Positions 25,780-38,157 of a stretch of DNA of 64,000 nucleotides are shown in pieces (the first letter of the stretch is position 1; the number at the start of each line of letters is the position of its first letter). The DNA comes from Epiperipatus broadwayi (Eukaryota > Animalia > Onychophora). A model generated the notes under the pieces. It was not told where the DNA came from and did not search any database. It worked only from the letters and a program-made list of their open reading frames with translations. Made by a program: the position numbers and the translations under genes. The stretch covers positions 8,494,001 through 8,558,000 of the forward strand of contig JAQFVV010000008.1 in assembly GCA_028023455.1 (NCBI GenBank), given 5' to 3'.

Positions 25780-28250
25780 TCAAGTTAAATAAGATTGAAT
25801 GATATAGAAGAACGGTCTAATATTAAATAGTATGGTGGCAGATCTTAAAAAATTAGAAAAAATAATGGGGAAAAAAAGTTTTGAGAAATACATGTATACT
25901 TTAGCAAAAAAAGTACAAATGAAACATAATTCATTATAATTAAAAAAAAAAAAAAGAAACGCACTGTGAAAACTGATGGTATAACCAACCAGATAGAATT
26001 AATTAAGTACATAGTTATGCAAAATGCTTTTGAATAAATTAAATATTTTTAAAATTGATATGGGAGATTTTAATGTTACAATTAGAAAAAGATTGGCAGA
26101 TGAAAGCACTGTATTAGAGGACATGATTTTTGATATATGCACAACAGAAACTCTGTGTATTATGATTTTTAAATTTTTTTTCCCTAAAAAAAATCCAAAA
26201 AGGAAATGGTGACAAATACTTCCAAATGATTATTCATAAGAGGTGAAATGTATTATGATTAATATAAAATGTGGATTTCAAGGCTGTAATATTTTTAATA
26301 GATTCAATACCATGAAGTAATCATTGATTACCAAGGTATAAAATACTACTAATGCAGAGCTGAAGATAATGTCAATAGTTCATATATCTAATGTTAAAAA
26401 ATATTTCAGTAATTTTAAGCTAAATTTGACTAATTATTACAAAATATGAATTAATAGATTATGAATATAAGTCAGACCTGAATAAAATCACTAAAAAAAT
26501 AATTAACAGCAACACAGATAAAAAGAACAAAAAAAAGCAGCAATTCATAGATAAAGTTGTGTATTTATTAAAAAAAAAAAAGAATATGAAAATAATGTAA
26601 AAGAATTGCATATATGAAATTCTGTAAAATAGCAGAGAAAATATAAAAACCCATAGTAGTAAAATAACAAAAAATTTATAAAAGAAGACAAAAGTGTTAA
26701 AGATATAAAACAACTTCTTTGTATTGATAGAAAAGTTATCTTAGCAATACAAAGTTGGCAGTAACTAAAAAAAAAAAAAACAATTGTGGAAGAATTCTAT
26801 TAAAATTTGTATAGTAATAAAAAACAAGAGTTCATATAACTAACATTTTTAAAAAATACCAAATATACAATAATTGCAATATCTTTTGAAAAAAAAGGTA
26901 AGATATACAAGTAAATCTATGAATAGAAATGATCCAGAAATTAATAGAATCATTCGTTATATTAAAATAAAAAAAATTTGAAAAAAAAATGTAAAAAATT
27001 GTTGGCAATGTTATCTATCAAATGACTAAATGATAAAAATATATTAGATAATTGAAAGAATGCAATAGTTACTTATTAGTGATATCTAAGAAAGATGAAA
27101 AAAAGAAAGAAATTACTAACATTTTAAATAAAATCATTAAAACTTTTATAAGAGATGTTTGGATTTAAACTAACAAAAAAAAAAAACATGCAGAATTTAA
27201 AAGTATCAAATAGGTCACATTAGTGTTATCAAGAAAAGTTAGAGAAAAGGCCAATGAGCATAAGTTGCAAATAGTACTGGATTTAAATATAATGAAAAGC
27301 ATTTGAATCATGACCAAAACTTAACATCATAATATTATCAAATTTGGAGAATATTTATCAAAACAATAACTAGATTACATAATGACACTAAAAAAAATAT
27401 CACTGATATACTACAAAATGGGGTAACTCTATCTTGCCAAACATTTTACAGATAGAATTTTAGGAATTAAAATGTGAGGCAATAATAATAAAAATTAATA
27501 AATTTCTTAAATCATCTAGATTTTAAAGATAATGGTATTACTTTCACAAATAATGTTTCAGAACTGCAGAAAATGTTATGAGAAACATCAAATAAAAAGT
27601 AGGATCAAAAAATAACTGCTAAAAAAAAAAAACTAAAGTAATTTCAAGAACTTTTCAAGGAAGAAAACAAAAACAAAACTGATATTAATAAATAAAAAGC
27701 ATTTAACATCTATAAACATGTGGATCAAATTATTAATAATAAATAATTGGAATGTTTTAAAAAGAAATAATTTAATATTAATAGAAACATAACTCTGTGA
27801 TTAAAAAAGAAAGTATTATGCTAAATACTTAGTTATTTGTCTCAGACTTGGATATTTAACAAAAGAGCAATATAAAACATATAGTAAATACTTTGCAGTA
27901 TAATAAAGTTTCTGTATAAAATAGCAATACAGATTTCACATTATGGAAAATATATATATATTGGGATTAGCCCAAGGAATGGAAATTAAAAAAAAAAATA
28001 CTGAAATTATTAAAACAAAAATCTGAAATAGAAATGAGATGGATAATCTGATAGAAAGGACAATAGACTGACAACTGAAAACTATATGTGAATTAGATGG
28101 ATAAAAAAGTTTACTGGAATGGTGTGAAAAAAAAAGGTATTGATAGGAAAAATTGAATTAAATTTAGAAAAACCATCTCGAAAATGTTGATGAATTTACT
28201 GTCAGTAATCTTTCTAGAACAATCTAATTTGAATACTGTTTTTTTGATAA
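25780..28250 (+). mobile_element. Decayed RTE-like LINE (APE endonuclease and RT remnants)
   Basis: ORF 26024-26212 contains MGDFN (APE motif), followed by an A-rich coding-like strand; boundaries approximate. Confidence 0.6.
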
Positions 28251-31152
28251 CTATACTGCATACATACACACATATATATTATATGATTATTCCTAAAGCA
28301 AAGATCTAATAGGTGGAAAATTCTCTCTTGTAATATTCTTATGACAATTTATTTAGTATACTAACATTCATAAAACCTTGTAGGTTTAAGCTTTTCATGT
28401 TTTTCAATACTTTATACCTATGTATAATCTCCAACTACTACTTTCTCTTTTACCTTTTCTACATAATTAAAGTATTTTCCATACCATAGACACTGGTAGT
28501 CATAGTAAGGCATTTTTTTACAACTATTTATAGTACTACTAATAATACCCTTGAAGTTACTAGAAATTTATCAGATACTTAAAATATCTTTAAAAAAAAA
28601 CATATAAGAATTTGAGATAACAATTTTATATAATAATTAATATGGATCACATTTTATCACATGTAAAATTTCAATCCTAAATAAGCAAATTTATATTTGA
28701 AAAATACTATAGTATTTAGAATTATTATACAAAAGTAATATCAACTATCAATATCAACTATTTTAATTTTGTAATTTCAATTGCCCATATAATAAACTGG
28801 ATTGTAGGATTTTCAATAACAAATATTGTTTCTAATACTAGATAAAAATGTCATGGCACAAGCAATATGAATTATTTCTAGCATTCAGAAATCCAATCTT
28901 GCAACTTGGCTCTTAATTTATTTTTTAATTATTTCATATACAAACTAATAATTAAAATAAGAACTTTCTGCAAGTAGGATTAACAACAAACAAATCTGGA
29001 TAAAAAAGAGAAATATTTGTTCTATAAATAATTGAAAATAGACTTGAAAAAAAAAAAAGTTTACAAAATCAATTTAGATATTTATTTAAGAAATTGGTCT
29101 TCCTTTAATAGGATTTGTAAAAGATTACTATTTATTGTGCCTAATCCCTTTATAGATGATGTATGAGAAATTCATAATTTTTATAACCTAATCCCCAATT
29201 TCTTCACTCAAAGTCTTTTAATGAACTCAAAGTCTCTTAATGAACAAACATTATATTACAGATAAAACCCAATCTTCTCTTTTTTTCTTTGAATATATGG
29301 AATACTTTATTTCATGAATGTTTTTATGAATATCACTTTCCATTCTTGCACAATATTGTACATGTATTTATAAAAAAAAATTTTCTAATTTTTCTTAAGC
29401 AAATCTTTACTTCCATCAGATGTGCAAATTTATATATAATACTTTGGTTAATTAAAAACGATCTATCTAAAAAGCTTTGAGATATAGTTTCAAAATTGTG
29501 ATCCTAGAATAAAATGTGTAAACAGTAGGGTGGCTAGCAATGGCAAACTATACAAAATTTATCCAGAGTATTCTGCCATCTAGTTAGTTTATTTGCCTTC
29601 AGACAAAGAACTTTCTATCCATATACTTGATAGTTTATTATACTAATAAACAGTTTAATGTACTTTTATTTTTATACAAAATACACTAACCAAAAAAGAT
29701 TTAATACAATAATAAACAGAATATTTGAAAATAAAATTGTGTGCAAAGTTATTCTTTTATTACAATATTTCTATATTTTAATGAAGTTACATAATTATTT
29801 AATTATCTAATTACATCTAGCTTAAATATATATACTACAGTAGTATTTAAAATATCACAGATTCAGCTTGTATTCTGCCCATTCCTCTTCTGTGTATTTA
29901 AATGATCTTTAAGGTTCTGCATATGAGAGGTCAGACTGACTTATGGTCAATACGGATATGACAACAAAATTGGCAAAGGAGTTTAAACATGCCATCATCA
30001 GACTTTCAATAATAGGGAAGGCTGAAAATTTGGAGAGTGAAAAAGATTAAAGCATGTCCACTAAAGTTTGAAGATTTTCTATCTTAATATAAACAAAGTG
30101 TTCATTATATATATGTGTGAGAGATAATGATCCAGACAAACTAATGAGTGCTGGTTCAGCACTAAATACATAATTGGAGATCATTTATCTTTTCCATATG
30201 TATGTGGCCATGTATATTGGTTGTATAAGATAGAGTGGATGACTGAAGGGTGCTTGAAAACCTGGGTTCAAATCCCCTCTAATTATATCTAGCTTAAATA
30301 TAAATATTATACTTGTATTTAAAATATTATAATTATTTAATGTAATACATTCAGACTCAAAAATAATATGTAGTTGAATCTAGATATACATGTTTCACCT
30401 TGTCCTACAAATTTCATCTCCAAACGTTTTTCATTATTACAAGATCACTGTGCAATTTGTTTGTCTGTTTGCTTTAATAATCAATTTCTCAGAATCAGCA
30501 AAGTCAAGCAATCCAATTAAAAAAAGCGATCACAATCTTATATTTTAGTTAAACTACAAGTAATAACTATAGATTTATATATATAAAAAAGCCTAAACAA
30601 CATTTATATGTATGGAAAATAGTTTTGTGTGGCTGTTTATAAGTATTTCCTCATAGTTTTATTATTATTCAGGGAGTAATTACTTAAAGATTGCTGACAT
30701 TTAACAAATGTCAGATTAGTCTGGATTTTGCATATCAGATCAAGTTTAATAAAGATTTTATACTTAGATATTTATTTTAAAAGTTACATAAAAACAATGG
30801 TACAGTAAAACTGACAATAACAATGATCCAAAACTTTATTTTTGAGTAATAAATCTGCTTTTCAGCAGATCTTAATATATAAATTCCTATTGAATTAATA
30901 GTCTATAAAATTTAAGTGATTACAATTTCCATTAAAACAAAATTTTATAAAAAAATTTGTATCTTTAATAAATTATGGGCAAACAATTGTACAAAGAAAA
31001 GTGGCACAGATTTAAAAGACAGAAGAAAAAAAACCTCTCATACACAAAAATATTAATTCAAAAGAAATAAACTTATGCATATATTAACACAAGCTTAAAC
31101 AAATTCATATATTTACTTACTGTCATCCAATATTATAATAAATTAAACGAAC

Positions 31153-31320
31153 CTTGTCAGCCCCCAATCCGCTATCCTGAGAATCTGGATCTTCCACAAC
31201 AGCCTTTGTCACCGGAGTGTCCAGATTATCCTGACAACAAAGCTTGAAGACATTATCACAAGATACAGGTACATTTTCCTTTCCTATTGCTATCTGAGAT
31301 GACAGTGCCAAAGAACGATT
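31153..31320 (-). CDS. Internal coding exon of a host gene (56 codons, phase 0/0); KEN motif and DSQDSGLG phosphodegron-like motif, possibly Cdc25-like cell-cycle regulator
   Basis: Polypyrimidine tract plus AG at 31321-22, donor AAG|GTTCGT at 31151-52. Open frame NRSLALSSQIAIGKENVPVSCDNVFKLCCQDNLDTPVTKAVVEDPDSQDSGLGADK. The Cdc25 identity is from recalled motif resemblance only. Confidence 0.7.
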
Positions 31321-33450
31321 CTAAAAATAAATAAAGAATAAAAAAATATGAAAAATCAACAAAAAAAACAAAAACAGCTTGTTCATATTTTAATAATCAT
31401 ACAAATGTGTGTGTGTGCGCGCTCGCATATGTAAGCACCCATACAAATAACTTTGCATTTATAAGGATATAGATATTTATGTCTACGTTTCTAAGTTAAA
31501 CATAACAATAAACTTACTTCAGCCCAAGCTCTAAATAACCCGCAGAATGTACACATTCGTCCCAACATGTGGGACAAGCACAGCCAGTACCACTATGCTG
31601 TCGGATGGGGGGGGGAAATACTGATCTCACGGCTGACCTCTAGCCGCAATAAGAACAGAACTGAGGAAAAAGAAACCTCACCGACTGCTAAAACAACACA
31701 TTAGGTTTAAGGAAGAGAAACCTAGCGTAAAAAAAAAAAGCCGTGGAATTAAGTATCAGTAAATCGAAAAATCTGCAATCTTTATTACATTGCTTTCTTC
31801 AGACAGGAACATTTTGGGACATACTCTCCAATTTGTAATCTGGAATTACTTTCAGAACACCCGTTTACATTAGGAAGATAAATTTCTTTGTTTGGGCAAG
31901 TCTATTATACTTTCTAGGGGTTTTTCGACTAATTATGAACAATAATCTCAATGTTTTTTTCTGCATTAACATTTTACTATATCCTAAATTAATATATTAG
32001 ATAATTTTCTTTCATTTTAAATATTTCTTGGGCATAGCAAAAATAATTTTAAAAACATTGTGCATTAAGCTGTATAAAATTATTGAACTACCTCCATTTT
32101 AATAAGTGAAAAACTGCTTTTCAATATTATTCACACAATGCATGGGAGAAAATGCACAAACATGCTCATGCATATAAAAATAACAAAAATAATTTTGGTA
32201 GAAAAAAAATCCAAAACTTAAAATACTGTTGAATAAATTATTGCAAGACCTCAACATAAATATTAATTAAACGATGTCTGACTACTATTAATAGAAAAAT
32301 ATAGGAAGAAATATTTTTAATTTACTTAAAATCAGCTTAAAAGTCTGGGGCAAAAAAATCCCCCAAAATGATGTTCTATCAAATATAATTAAAACTTTAT
32401 TTATCTACCAATAAATTCCGAGGTTAAATTAGATACAGGAAGAGGGTTGCATAAGTAAAAAAAAAGGAAGAAAAGACCAATCGAAAACTTATTAAAAAGT
32501 ATAAAACAGAACTGTTAAAATCCATTTTCACATAACTTGGTCCGGGATTAAATGTTATATTTTAATTTATCTCAACATTTTTTTTTGTTTCGAAAAGATA
32601 ATCGTGTGAAATTGTTCTCGTGTACGCTCATTTAAAAGAAGGGAAGCGCTACATACTAATTACAAATTATTTTATGTTTATGTGGAAAGCTTAGAAAAGT
32701 AAGAAATTAAACTTTCATACATAAAAAATTGAATGAAATTGTTCTGTCTATCTCCCTCTCTTTTTTTACGAATTCATATATATATTCCAAAAAAATGTAT
32801 CCAAAATATTAAAACAAAGATGAACACAAACGGCATTTATGTAAGCGTGGGAATTAATATACTTATGGCAAATAATTTATAATACTATTTAATCATACAT
32901 AAAATGAATTTCAAAATTTTTTATAAAACAATAGAACTGGAGCTAACCAATCAAGAAATGTGAAAACAGCAGACACGAAGGAAAAATAATTTGATTACAT
33001 CATTTCCTTTAAAACTGGACGATATAAAAGTGAAATACAATATACAGTGTCATTATACAAAGCAAATCGTTTCAATAATTTCTTCCCCATATTTATCTAC
33101 AGACAAAACTAAAATAATGAAGCATTTCTAATTTTTTCACATGAGTGCTTAATATTAAATAATTGGGGTGGTGGTGAAAAGGAAACAATTGTAAACAACA
33201 ACATAAAAAAACTTTGCTTACGAATCAATTTCAAATATATACAAATTTATTAAAATAGACTTTCGCACAGTCGTTCAAACATATATAAAGCACCAATTCA
33301 TAATTCTAAACTACACATTCGCATAGATCATATTTAAGAATATTCTTTTGATATTAAAGGTATTGGGACTGTGAGAATTATGGGAAATTTATTTAGTATA
33401 TATTTGTGCTCATTTGCACTTGAGAAGTCTGCTTTGGCAACGAACCCAAT
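31300..33450. promoter_or_regulatory. CpG-retaining promoter-like region of the minus-strand gene
   Basis: CG dinucleotides are visibly much denser than in the flanks. CCAAT (aaccaatc ~32946) and an E2F-like gcgtgggaa (~32845) are present. Confidence 0.45.
31518..31568 (-). CDS. Putative first coding exon (MLGRMCTFCGLFRAWAE) splicing in frame to 31153-31320
   Basis: Strong donor GAA|GTAAGT at 31516-17, 197-bp intron, in-frame ATG at 31568 with an upstream in-frame stop. Confidence 0.5.
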
Positions 33451-33560
33451 TGGTTGAAAAATTTTAATTTTTAAATTTTGGCTAGTTTTTTAAATCTTAA
33501 TTTGGTGTAATTTGTTTATTATCCCTGACTTGTTTAGTTTTTGATATTTTACATTTTTAA
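33300..33560 (+). mobile_element. PLE pLTR fragment related to 17690-17900, with U3:A8 hammerhead remnant
   Basis: GCAC TTGAGAA GTCTGCT TT GGCA-AC GAA CCCAATTGGTT at 33416-33455. Confidence 0.6.
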
Positions 33561-35195
33561 AAGTTTCTATTAGAATATATTTGTGTATTTTTAAATATAC
33601 AAACACACACATATACATTCATATATACTAATTAGAATTTTTATATTTAAATAATAAAGCAGTAAAAAGTATTAGTGGCATCTTATGTCTGATCATAATA
33701 ATCAATGTAACAAGTATGCCAATATCATTAATATGAATGTTAGTATGTCAAAGATACATGAAAAAGTTTGCTCAAAAGGTCATATCAGAATGAATGGCTT
33801 GGACAGACCCCTGCTTATCATTGTAGTCCACCACGCTAAGAAGATGACAACAATGAAATGTTGTATTCACCAGGCAGGTGGTATACAACAATTGATCAAA
33901 CTTTATATCAGATTATGAGATGGGGTGGGGTGAAGTTTTAATCAAAATAAGATAAAAAAAACACAATTTCAAATACTCTTTTACACTATAAAAAAATAAA
34001 TAATGTTTTATTTATAACATATAATATATATTTATGTTCGTGTGTGCAGACATAAATATAGTTAGTACTGTTAAAATATTTGTTACATCAACATTTTTAA
34101 AGATTTAAACCTAAAAATTGGTCTCTTCAAATTTGCAGCTTGGAGAATTGAGATGTATAAAAAATAAATGCAATAAGTTTAGACGCTTGAATCAGCTAGT
34201 AACAAATTAATCTTTAGCTGGAAAAAATTGAGAGATTTTACTTGCTTTGTGTTTAGAAAATGTATAATAATGATTTAACCCTATTAACTTAATAATAAAG
34301 CTTAAAGTTGGATGCAAGAAAGCAATGACAAACTACCACAATGATTTAAGTATTGTACTTTAATAGGGCTTAATTTTCTCTATCTGGAAGTTCTTAAAAT
34401 AAACAAATCTGCTTTCTAAAAGGGAATGAAGAACTGATACATAGTATCTTTTTGTTGTTTATGTCTGAGGATGTGTGCATGTAAAAATTCAATTAATTAA
34501 ATAATGTAAGTCAATGAAATTTGAAAAATTTTATTCGTTTAATTTTGACAGATAAGCAGATTACATTAGTATTTCTAATAATCAATTTCTTATCAGATCA
34601 AATAGCATTAAAACCATCAAACTGTTGAAAATCAATAGGTCCATCTCATTAGACTAAACTGATTCACCAACTACTCTTCACTACAGAAAATTACATAAAT
34701 TGTAAAAAAAACCTGATAAATCTGAATTTGAACTCTGCTTCTTGTTTTTGCATTTTTAAAGCACTGTTGATAATTTTATATGTAAATAATTTAATGTCTT
34801 ATTAGATATCTAATATATAATCTTTGTAAAATTCTGCCTAAATTAAATGTACTGGACTTTTTCTTAAATCATTTTGAGTGTTTACTAATTTTACAACTAT
34901 AAAAAGTAAGATATAATATAAAAATAATAAAAATTCAGTGCATGGTCTATATACTCAAGAGTGCCATCATGAGCAATATTTCAAAGGACAGCCTAGCTCG
35001 TTTGGGTGAAATTATATCATGAGTTAATGTTAATGGAATATGTGAATGAAGATGATGCCAGTGAAAAGGTAGTATTTAATTGCACAACCAAAGTTTAGTG
35101 GAACACTTTTTCTCCAAACAATGCACAATATTCACCAATAAAATATGCTAGTGCTAAAAAGATTAGTATTAATTTTTTGCATCACAATTCCAAAT

Positions 35196-35536
35196 AACAG
35201 ATATGCCTTAAACATGCTTACGTGACAGCTAATCAGATGAAATAATGACATCACATGGAACTCTCAATTCTCAAACACAAGTCAGAACTATCAGAAAAAG
35301 ATGGGACCCATCTTCATCTATGCCTCAATTTATATATAAATAATCCAGACTCAAGCATTTTGAACTACTTAAAGTTCAAAATGCCTGAGTCTGGCTATAT
35401 AAATTGAGGCATAGATGAAGATGGGTCCCATCTTTTTCTGATAGTTCTGACTTGTGTTTGAAAATTGAGAGTTCCATGTGATGTCATTATTCCATCCGAT
35501 TGGCTGTCACATAAGCATGTTTAAGGTGTATCTGTT
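35196..35536. repeat. Near-perfect 341-bp palindrome (fold-back MITE-like)
   Basis: Arms aacagata...ttttgaact and agttcaaaa...tatctgtt with a few-nt loop near 35365-35370. No TSD seen. Confidence 0.85.
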
Positions 35537-35999
35537 GAAGGTTTTAGCTTTCACATTATTACAATATTATCTGCTTGCGCTTAATAAATTTGATATAATT
35601 CCAAATAGTGGTAATCAGCCTTCCAAGAATATTATTTTACTACTTTCGATGCGAGAATTAACTTAGATTGTAGTTCGAAGTTAGTTCAACCTTGTTGCAG
35701 ATAGTTATATTCAGATTATGAGATTTTTTTGTTGTTTAGATGAAAAAATGAAGCATAATCTTTGTTGAATTATGAATAACAAAAGATCCCCATGTTTAAA
35801 AAAAAGTTCCAAAATTTTAATATTTTTATTAAGAGATGCTTTTTTTTTTTTTAATTTCTGGAAATAATTTGTTTTGTGAAGTTAAAGCAATGCTATTAGT
35901 ATAAATGAACTTCTTGTATTTTAACTCTGGAAGATCACTGATGAATAAAGTAAATGAGAGAGCATAACTCCTTGGAAAACAATTCTATAAAATGTTCTA

Positions 36000-37300
36000 T
36001 TATGTTTATCACTTAGTGTCACTTAAATTTTTCTATTGGAGAGCATTTTGTCAAGTAAATTATTGGTTTTTCTTTATTTAATGATTCTAGAGACTTTTAG
36101 AAGACCATTTAACAATCTGAATCATAAGCTAAAATTAGATCAATAAAGGAAGCATTAATTTTTAGATCATTTGAAAGTCTTTTTCCATGAGAATTGTTAT
36201 AGATAACACTTGTTCCTAATAATATTAATCTGGTCTAAATCTAGCCTATTCTAAAGATAAATGGTCTAATTTTTATTAAAATTATGTATTCAAACAATTT
36301 GTAAGAAACATATATGATATGAATAATAATTATTTATTTGTTAGACTTATTAGATTTTAATACTACTATAGTTTTGCTTTCATGATTTTTGGAAGAGTTC
36401 CTGACTTCATAATGCTATAGAATAGCTTAAGATCATATATTTTACAACTGTTATAATGATACTTTTTCTAATTTCTATCAATATTGTATTTAGAAGTGGC
36501 ATTCTCAATAACAATAATAGTTTTTAGCAGTGTTTCTATATCTACCAAGCCTAGGTAAAAGTGATCAATCTTTTTGACTAGATCTCACAGTTTTATTTTT
36601 CCATGGTCTCTATCCATTTTTCTTTTCTAGTGCTATTACAAGATTTTATATTTTTAACAACAATTTCTGTTTCTTTTGAGAGACAAATCGTGATTGTAAA
36701 GGGCATTGCTAGTTTTATTCTGACCAAAATAGATTCTTTCAATATCTTCTGAGAGATAGGTTTTTTTGGCAACTACAATAATGATTTTGTTAAATCTATT
36801 AAAGCAAGAAAGGATATGTTGGATTCCATTAATATTTTTTCAAGAAATCCAGTATATTGATTCCATTTAGCTCTCCTTAAAATCTAAGTAGAGAATGGCT
36901 TTCATTTACAAGAATGTGAATTCTAAGAATAAGCAGCATTATTTCAACTATTATCAATCTGCTGTAGGATGAAAATCTCTTCCAAGTTTAATACAGTTTT
37001 TCTGATCTATAGCTTCTATTCTTGACAACACTCCAGCAAATTTTTTTATTTCATTCATTCATCTTACATGTGATCTCTTTCTGACTAAGTCTTTTACAAT
37101 CTCTTAAGATATAGTTTAAGATTTCAAATATCCATCTTTGGCCTTAAAAAAATATTTCTCAGTGCTGTTTCTTACTCACTTGATCAAGAGAAGAGTACAA
37201 TGTTTACGTATTTAAAGTTGTAACAGATAAAGTGCATGCATATTGTTCCTACTGAATAATATGTCAATGTGACAAACATATTTGATCTCTGCTATTTAAG
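36000..37300 (-). mobile_element. Decayed RTE-like LINE pieces (APE fragment and 3'-end fragment)
   Basis: ILVRIK..P.TIT APE-like stretch at ~36690-36740. 37040-37130 resembles the RTE 3' end at 2700-2760. Confidence 0.5.
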
Positions 37301-37532
37301 GCAATCAAGATTGTACCTCATACACAAACATATCACAGATAAATATTTTAATGTTTTTGTCTAGATGCATTTAGAAATAACCATATTATTATTTTTTTAA
37401 TCTTTTCTTCAAATAGTAATGCTACCTTGATAAATGTTTTATTTTTGAAATAATTACACCACAGTGATAGTTTTATGTGAAATTATGCTTATCAAATTAT
37501 AATTATCAAATGCAAATATTTGAAAATCTACT

Positions 37533-38157
37533 TGTTATAGTCCTCCCTTCTCTCAGAAGTAGACTATTCCAGAAGCCTCCTTATCTGATCGGATTAAGCA
37601 TTGTTCGCCACAGGCCAATAGGCAGATGTATAGATAAAAACATAGCCAATGATTATTACAGGCCAATAAGCAATGATGCTTGCTGAATCTGAAGGCTTTC
37701 AATAAGGTCAGGGATCTGGGTATAAATAGTCAGCCTTTTGTAAGAATCGGGGAAGAACGTGTCTAACCTGAAAAGACTCTTTGCGTTCTCCCAGGAAGCT
37801 CTGCTAACCTAAACAGCAGCAAGTATTCCCATTGATAGCACTACTCTATTTAGATCTAAGCAGCTAGGCAAGTCCCACAGAGACCGGACGCTGCTAAGAT
37901 CACTCTCGGCTCGAGGCAAGCTGTCTTGTACAGCTGGAAGAGTCATAGACTCTACCTGTGAGGCAAGCCATCAGGTGTGGCTGGAAGCAGCAGGGAGAAC
38001 CCAGAGTTTACGTCAACGTTAAACTCCAATATTCAACTTGTATATATTGTATTGTATATATTTGTACATAATAAATATATTAATTATAATACTTATTTTG
38101 GTATTATTTTACATTATTTTTTGTTGGTTGGGTCTGTAATCCAGACCAAACACAACA
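37533..38157 (+). mobile_element. Solo LTR, 625 bp
   Basis: TGTT...AACA ends and a perfect 5-bp TSD CTACT (37528-32, 38158-62). Three CCAAT boxes (37613-37668), TATAAATA at 37721, AATAAA at 38070. Confidence 0.9.

Noticed and set aside
31505-31740. RNase P/MRP or snRNA identity for the hairpin cluster
   Set aside because: No CR-I (GAAAGUC / GGAAGGUCUG) partner for a P4 helix and no Sm site recognised. Kept only as an unexplained structured leader.
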